DNA of 64,000 nucleotides from Escherichia coli (GTDB lineage Bacteria; Pseudomonadota; Gammaproteobacteria; Enterobacterales; Enterobacteriaceae): NCBI RefSeq assembly GCF_003018255.1, contig NZ_CP027440.1; one strand, 5' to 3'. Shown piece by piece: positions 60,490 to 64,000 of this stretch (position 1 is its first letter; each line of letters starts with the position of its first letter). The notes under the pieces were generated by a model. It saw only the letters and a program-made list of their open reading frames with translations, ran no database searches and was not told where the DNA came from. The position numbers and the translations under genes were made by a program.

Positions 60490-62214
60490 TCATTCATTCA
60501 GATTCAAATCCAGTCTTTCGCCATCCACCGTAAGATCGCGCCACACTTTAGGCTTCGTCCCCAGTTTTCCATCCTCCGCAGCCATGAGTAATTTTTCTTT
60601 CGTTATTACAGCCGGGAGTGAATTCATCGTAATCTCTTTCCATTCTTTCCCAGCAGGATCAATACCATAGATAATGTATCTTTCATCATTAAAGGCAAAC
60701 AGGATCCGCTCTGCCCTGCCATCACTATTCAGATCTTGCTCTACCAGCACGCAGGCATCTTTTTCAATGCATATCATTGCGTTATAGCGATTTTTCATCA
60801 CTGCCGACCAGAATATCGTATCCGGTTTTCCAGAACCTGAGGCAATAAATACATTATCTGCTAATGCTTTTTCCGATATCTGCTGCTGAAGACGTTGTAC
60901 TCCATCAAATGCCATCAGCAGACCCCGCCTGCGTTTCGGGTCTTTCATATACTCGGCATCGCTTTTCAGCGACTCAAGCGCCGCACGTCCATAGCGACCG
61001 CTCTGTTCGAGCATATAGAGACTTACCTGGTCTGGCGTGTTTTTGCCGCTCTGATAACGCGCCATATGACTGTTCACGCTAATGCGCATACTGTCCAGCA
61101 CCGGAGAATTAAGAAGCACCAGTATTACCAACACCAATAACGAAACCGCAAGGTTCACTTTGCCCTGAAGAACAAGGGGGTTTTGCCCTTTACGCCAGAC
61201 GATACTGACAAAATACCCCAGCGACCATACCAGTAACACCAGCACCGCCAGCGCGCCCTGCAAGCGGTCGACAGTCCAGCCGTACTGAGCGACCCGCAGC
61301 CATAACGCCCAGGCGGCGACGAACACATACAGCGGAGCAACCAGCAAAGCGGTTTTAATCAGGCAACGCAACGGCCCCGTCCAGGGAAGAGACGCTTTTT
61401 GCGGATCGCGGACAATAGCCATTAAGATCAATTGCAAAAAGGCCAGCGTTAACAGCAACCCAGCGGCGGAGATGTGGCGAGAAATCGCGCTCAGGCCCGT
61501 AAACGGCAGGGTGATAATAAACATCAGGGTTAGCAATGATACTAACGGCAGCAACCCCGTGGCGATTAACGTGAACAACTTTTGAATAGAGTCGATTAAA
61601 CGTGACTGTGTACGCGCGAGGATCACCGCCAGTGCGGTAACCAGACCTAACGTGAGATAAATAAACCAGTCGGTTGCAAAAAAGAGCGTTTTGAAAAACG
61701 TGATGCCAACAAGTTTAAACAACTCTCCCCACAGTAAAAGTACCAGCCACGTCAGGCCATTGGCGAGAAAAATCACCAGTAATATAAGTACGTTATGCCA
61801 TACTGACTGGTAAAAATAGCGATAGCGGCTACTGTCATTGCGGATGCGAAGGCTTTGTTGTATCCACGGTAGCAACAACATTGCCATCAGCAGCAGATAG
61901 CAACCAAAATCCCAAAGCGCCTTTTCTGCTCTCCAGGGGTTCATGCCATCAATTTGCCACTTTAGCCAACCGCTCATCCCTAGCGTGGCAATAAACACCA
62001 GCGCCAGCCATCCCCAAAGGCGCTTCTGTTTAAAGGAGATCACGGAGAAGAGTAAAACGGATGAAAACGCGACGGTCGCAGGCACGCCATAAACAATCCA
62101 ACTGTGATTTTTTCCGGCAAGCCAGGCGATCAGCAGGTAGCAAACCAGACCCTGAAGTAATCCGGTAGCAATCATCCCCCAGCGTGTTGCCGGTGAAAGT
62201 TCAACGTTATCCAT
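60490..62214 (-). CDS. yhgE: Inner membrane protein YhgE (DUF4153-type)
   Basis: 574-aa, N-terminal two-thirds strongly hydrophobic with many TM helices, soluble C-terminal domain. Confidence 0.85.
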   Translation of the reverse strand: MDNVELSPATRWGMIATGLLQGLVCYLLIAWLAGKNHSWIVYGVPATVAFSSVLLFSVISFKQKRLWGWLALVFIATLGMSGWLKWQIDGMNPWRAEKALWDFGCYLLLMAMLLLPWIQQSLRIRNDSSRYRYFYQSVWHNVLILLVIFLANGLTWLVLLLWGELFKLVGITFFKTLFFATDWFIYLTLGLVTALAVILARTQSRLIDSIQKLFTLIATGLLPLVSLLTLMFIITLPFTGLSAISRHISAAGLLLTLAFLQLILMAIVRDPQKASLPWTGPLRCLIKTALLVAPLYVFVAAWALWLRVAQYGWTVDRLQGALAVLVLLVWSLGYFVSIVWRKGQNPLVLQGKVNLAVSLLVLVILVLLNSPVLDSMRISVNSHMARYQSGKNTPDQVSLYMLEQSGRYGRAALESLKSDAEYMKDPKRRRGLLMAFDGVQRLQQQISEKALADNVFIASGSGKPDTIFWSAVMKNRYNAMICIEKDACVLVEQDLNSDGRAERILFAFNDERYIIYGIDPAGKEWKEITMNSLPAVITKEKLLMAAEDGKLGTKPKVWRDLTVDGERLDLNLNE

Positions 62215-62458
62215 GTTAGTTATCCAGAATCAAAAAGTGGGTTAATTATTGCATCCGGGCCGTAGTATTTTGCTTTTTTCAGAAAATAATCAAAAAAAGT
62301 TAGCGTGGTGAATCGATACTTTACCGATTGAATTTGCATCAATTTCATTCAGGAATGCGATTCCACTCACAATATTCCCGCCATATAAACCAAGATTTAA
62401 CCTTTTAAGAACATTTTCCACACCTAAAATGCTATTTCTGCGATAATAGCAACCGTTT

Positions 62459-62474
62459 CGTGACAGGAATCACG
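62459..62474. promoter_or_regulatory. CRP-like palindrome in pckA upstream region
   Basis: cgtga-caggaa-tcacg fits TGTGA-N6-TCACA at 8 of 10 positions, about 120 bp upstream of pckA ATG. Confidence 0.35.
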
Positions 62475-62592
62475 GAGTTTTTTGTCAAATATGAATTTCT
62501 CCAGATACGTAAATCTATGAGCCTTGTCGCGGTTAACACCCCCAAAAAGACTTTACTATTCAGGCAATACATATTGGCTAAGGAGCAGTGAA

Positions 62593-64000
62593 ATGCGCGT
62601 TAACAATGGTTTGACCCCGCAAGAACTCGAGGCTTATGGTATCAGTGACGTACATGATATCGTTTACAACCCAAGCTACGACCTGCTGTATCAGGAAGAG
62701 CTCGATCCGAGCCTGACAGGTTATGAGCGCGGGGTGTTAACTAATCTGGGTGCCGTTGCCGTCGATACCGGGATCTTCACCGGTCGTTCACCAAAAGATA
62801 AGTATATCGTCCGTGACGATACCACTCGCGATACTTTCTGGTGGGCAGACAAAGGCAAAGGTAAGAACGACAACAAACCTCTCTCTCCGGAAACCTGGCA
62901 GCATCTGAAAGGCCTGGTGACCAAACAGCTTTCCGGCAAACGTCTGTTCGTTGTCGACGCCTTCTGTGGTGCGAACCCGGATACTCGTCTTTCCGTCCGT
63001 TTCATCACCGAAGTGGCCTGGCAGGCGCATTTTGTCAAAAACATGTTTATTCGCCCGAGCGATGAAGAGCTGGCAGGTTTCAAACCAGACTTTATCGTTA
63101 TGAACGGCGCGAAGTGCACTAACCCGCAGTGGAAAGAACAGGGTCTGAACTCCGAAAACTTCGTGGCGTTTAACCTGACCGAGCGCATGCAGCTGATTGG
63201 CGGCACCTGGTACGGCGGCGAAATGAAGAAAGGGATGTTCTCAATGATGAACTACCTGCTGCCGCTGAAAGGTATCGCTTCTATGCACTGCTCCGCCAAC
63301 GTTGGCGAGAAAGGCGATGTTGCGGTGTTCTTCGGCCTTTCCGGCACCGGTAAAACCACCCTTTCCACCGACCCGAAACGTCGCCTGATTGGCGATGACG
63401 AGCACGGCTGGGACGATGACGGTGTGTTTAACTTTGAAGGCGGCTGCTACGCAAAAACTATCAAGCTGTCGAAAGAAGCGGAACCTGAAATCTACAACGC
63501 TATCCGTCGTGATGCGCTGCTGGAAAACGTCACCGTGCGTGAAGATGGCACTATCGACTTTGATGATGGTTCAAAAACCGAGAACACCCGCGTTTCTTAT
63601 CCGATCTATCACATCGAAAACATCGTTAAGCCGGTGTCCAAAGCGGGCCACGCAACTAAAGTTATCTTCCTGACCGCAGACGCCTTTGGTGTGCTGCCGC
63701 CGGTTTCTCGTCTGACTGCCGATCAAACCCAGTACCACTTCCTCTCTGGCTTCACCGCCAAACTGGCCGGTACAGAGCGCGGCATCACCGAACCGACGCC
63801 AACCTTCTCCGCCTGCTTCGGCGCGGCATTCCTGTCGCTGCACCCGACGCAGTACGCAGAAGTGCTGGTGAAACGTATGCAGGCGGCAGGCGCGCAGGCG
63901 TATCTGGTTAACACCGGCTGGAACGGCACTGGCAAACGTATCTCGATTAAAGATACCCGCGCCATTATCGACGCCATCCTCAACGGTTCGCTGGATAACG
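62593..64000 (+). CDS. pckA: Phosphoenolpyruvate carboxykinase (ATP), 3'-truncated at window edge
   Basis: Not in the ORF track because no stop lies within the window: ATG at 62593 after SD aaggag; [37 protein letters not shown]... with P-loop GLSGTGKTT. Confidence 0.95.
   Translation, partial: MRVNNGLTPQELEAYGISDVHDIVYNPSYDLLYQEELDPSLTGYERGVLTNLGAVAVDTGIFTGRSPKDKYIVRDDTTRDTFWWADKGKGKNDNKPLSPETWQHLKGLVTKQLSGKRLFVVDAFCGANPDTRLSVRFITEVAWQAHFVKNMFIRPSDEELAGFKPDFIVMNGAKCTNPQWKEQGLNSENFVAFNLTERMQLIGGTWYGGEMKKGMFSMMNYLLPLKGIASMHCSANVGEKGDVAVFFGLSGTGKTTLSTDPKRRLIGDDEHGWDDDGVFNFEGGCYAKTIKLSKEAEPEIYNAIRRDALLENVTVREDGTIDFDDGSKTENTRVSYPIYHIENIVKPVSKAGHATKVIFLTADAFGVLPPVSRLTADQTQYHFLSGFTAKLAGTERGITEPTPTFSACFGAAFLSLHPTQYAEVLVKRMQAAGAQAYLVNTGWNGTGKRISIKDTRAIIDAILNGSLDN

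Noticed and set aside
62721-63206. 161-aa minus-strand ORF and other small ORFs within 62700-63990
   Set aside because: They overlap the pckA coding frame, which translates into a clear PEP carboxykinase; pckA was missing from the ORF track only because its stop lies beyond the window.

Overview
This window reads as a conserved Escherichia coli core-chromosome segment running from the end of the gsp type II secretion operon (gspM partial, gspO) to the start of pckA, with about 65 protein-coding genes and no rRNA, tRNA, CRISPR array, IS element, integrase or prophage signal that I can see. Gene content in order: bfr-bfd, chiA, the str operon (rpsL-rpsG-fusA-tufA), tusBCD-yheO, fkpA, slyX, slyD, yheV, kefGB, yheSTU, prkB, yhfA, crp, yhfK, argD, pabA, fic-yhfG, ppiA, tsgA, nirBDC-cysG, yhfL, the uncharacterised yhfS-yhfT-yhfU-php-yhfW-yhfX-yhfY-yhfZ cluster, trpS-gph-rpe-dam-damX-aroB-aroK, hofMNOPQ, mrcA, nudE, igaA, yrfG, hslR-hslO, yhgE and pckA (3' truncated). 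All identifications rest on reading the supplied translations and the DNA against remembered protein families; no database search was run. Several true starts differ from the ORF track (tufA, rpsL, aroK, yhfU, yhfY, hofP, hofM, yrfG, mrcA, yhfK, yheO), and two small genes are missing from it (yhfG with a GTG start, yhfL at 55 aa). The strain looks non-K-12: rpsG encodes the short 156-aa S7, and the frlABCDR operon I remember between yhfL and yhfS in K-12 is absent. I found no clearly novel system. The most under-explained content is the eight-gene yhfS-yhfZ cluster and the yhfG-fic pair, whose Fic motif is non-canonical in this sequence.
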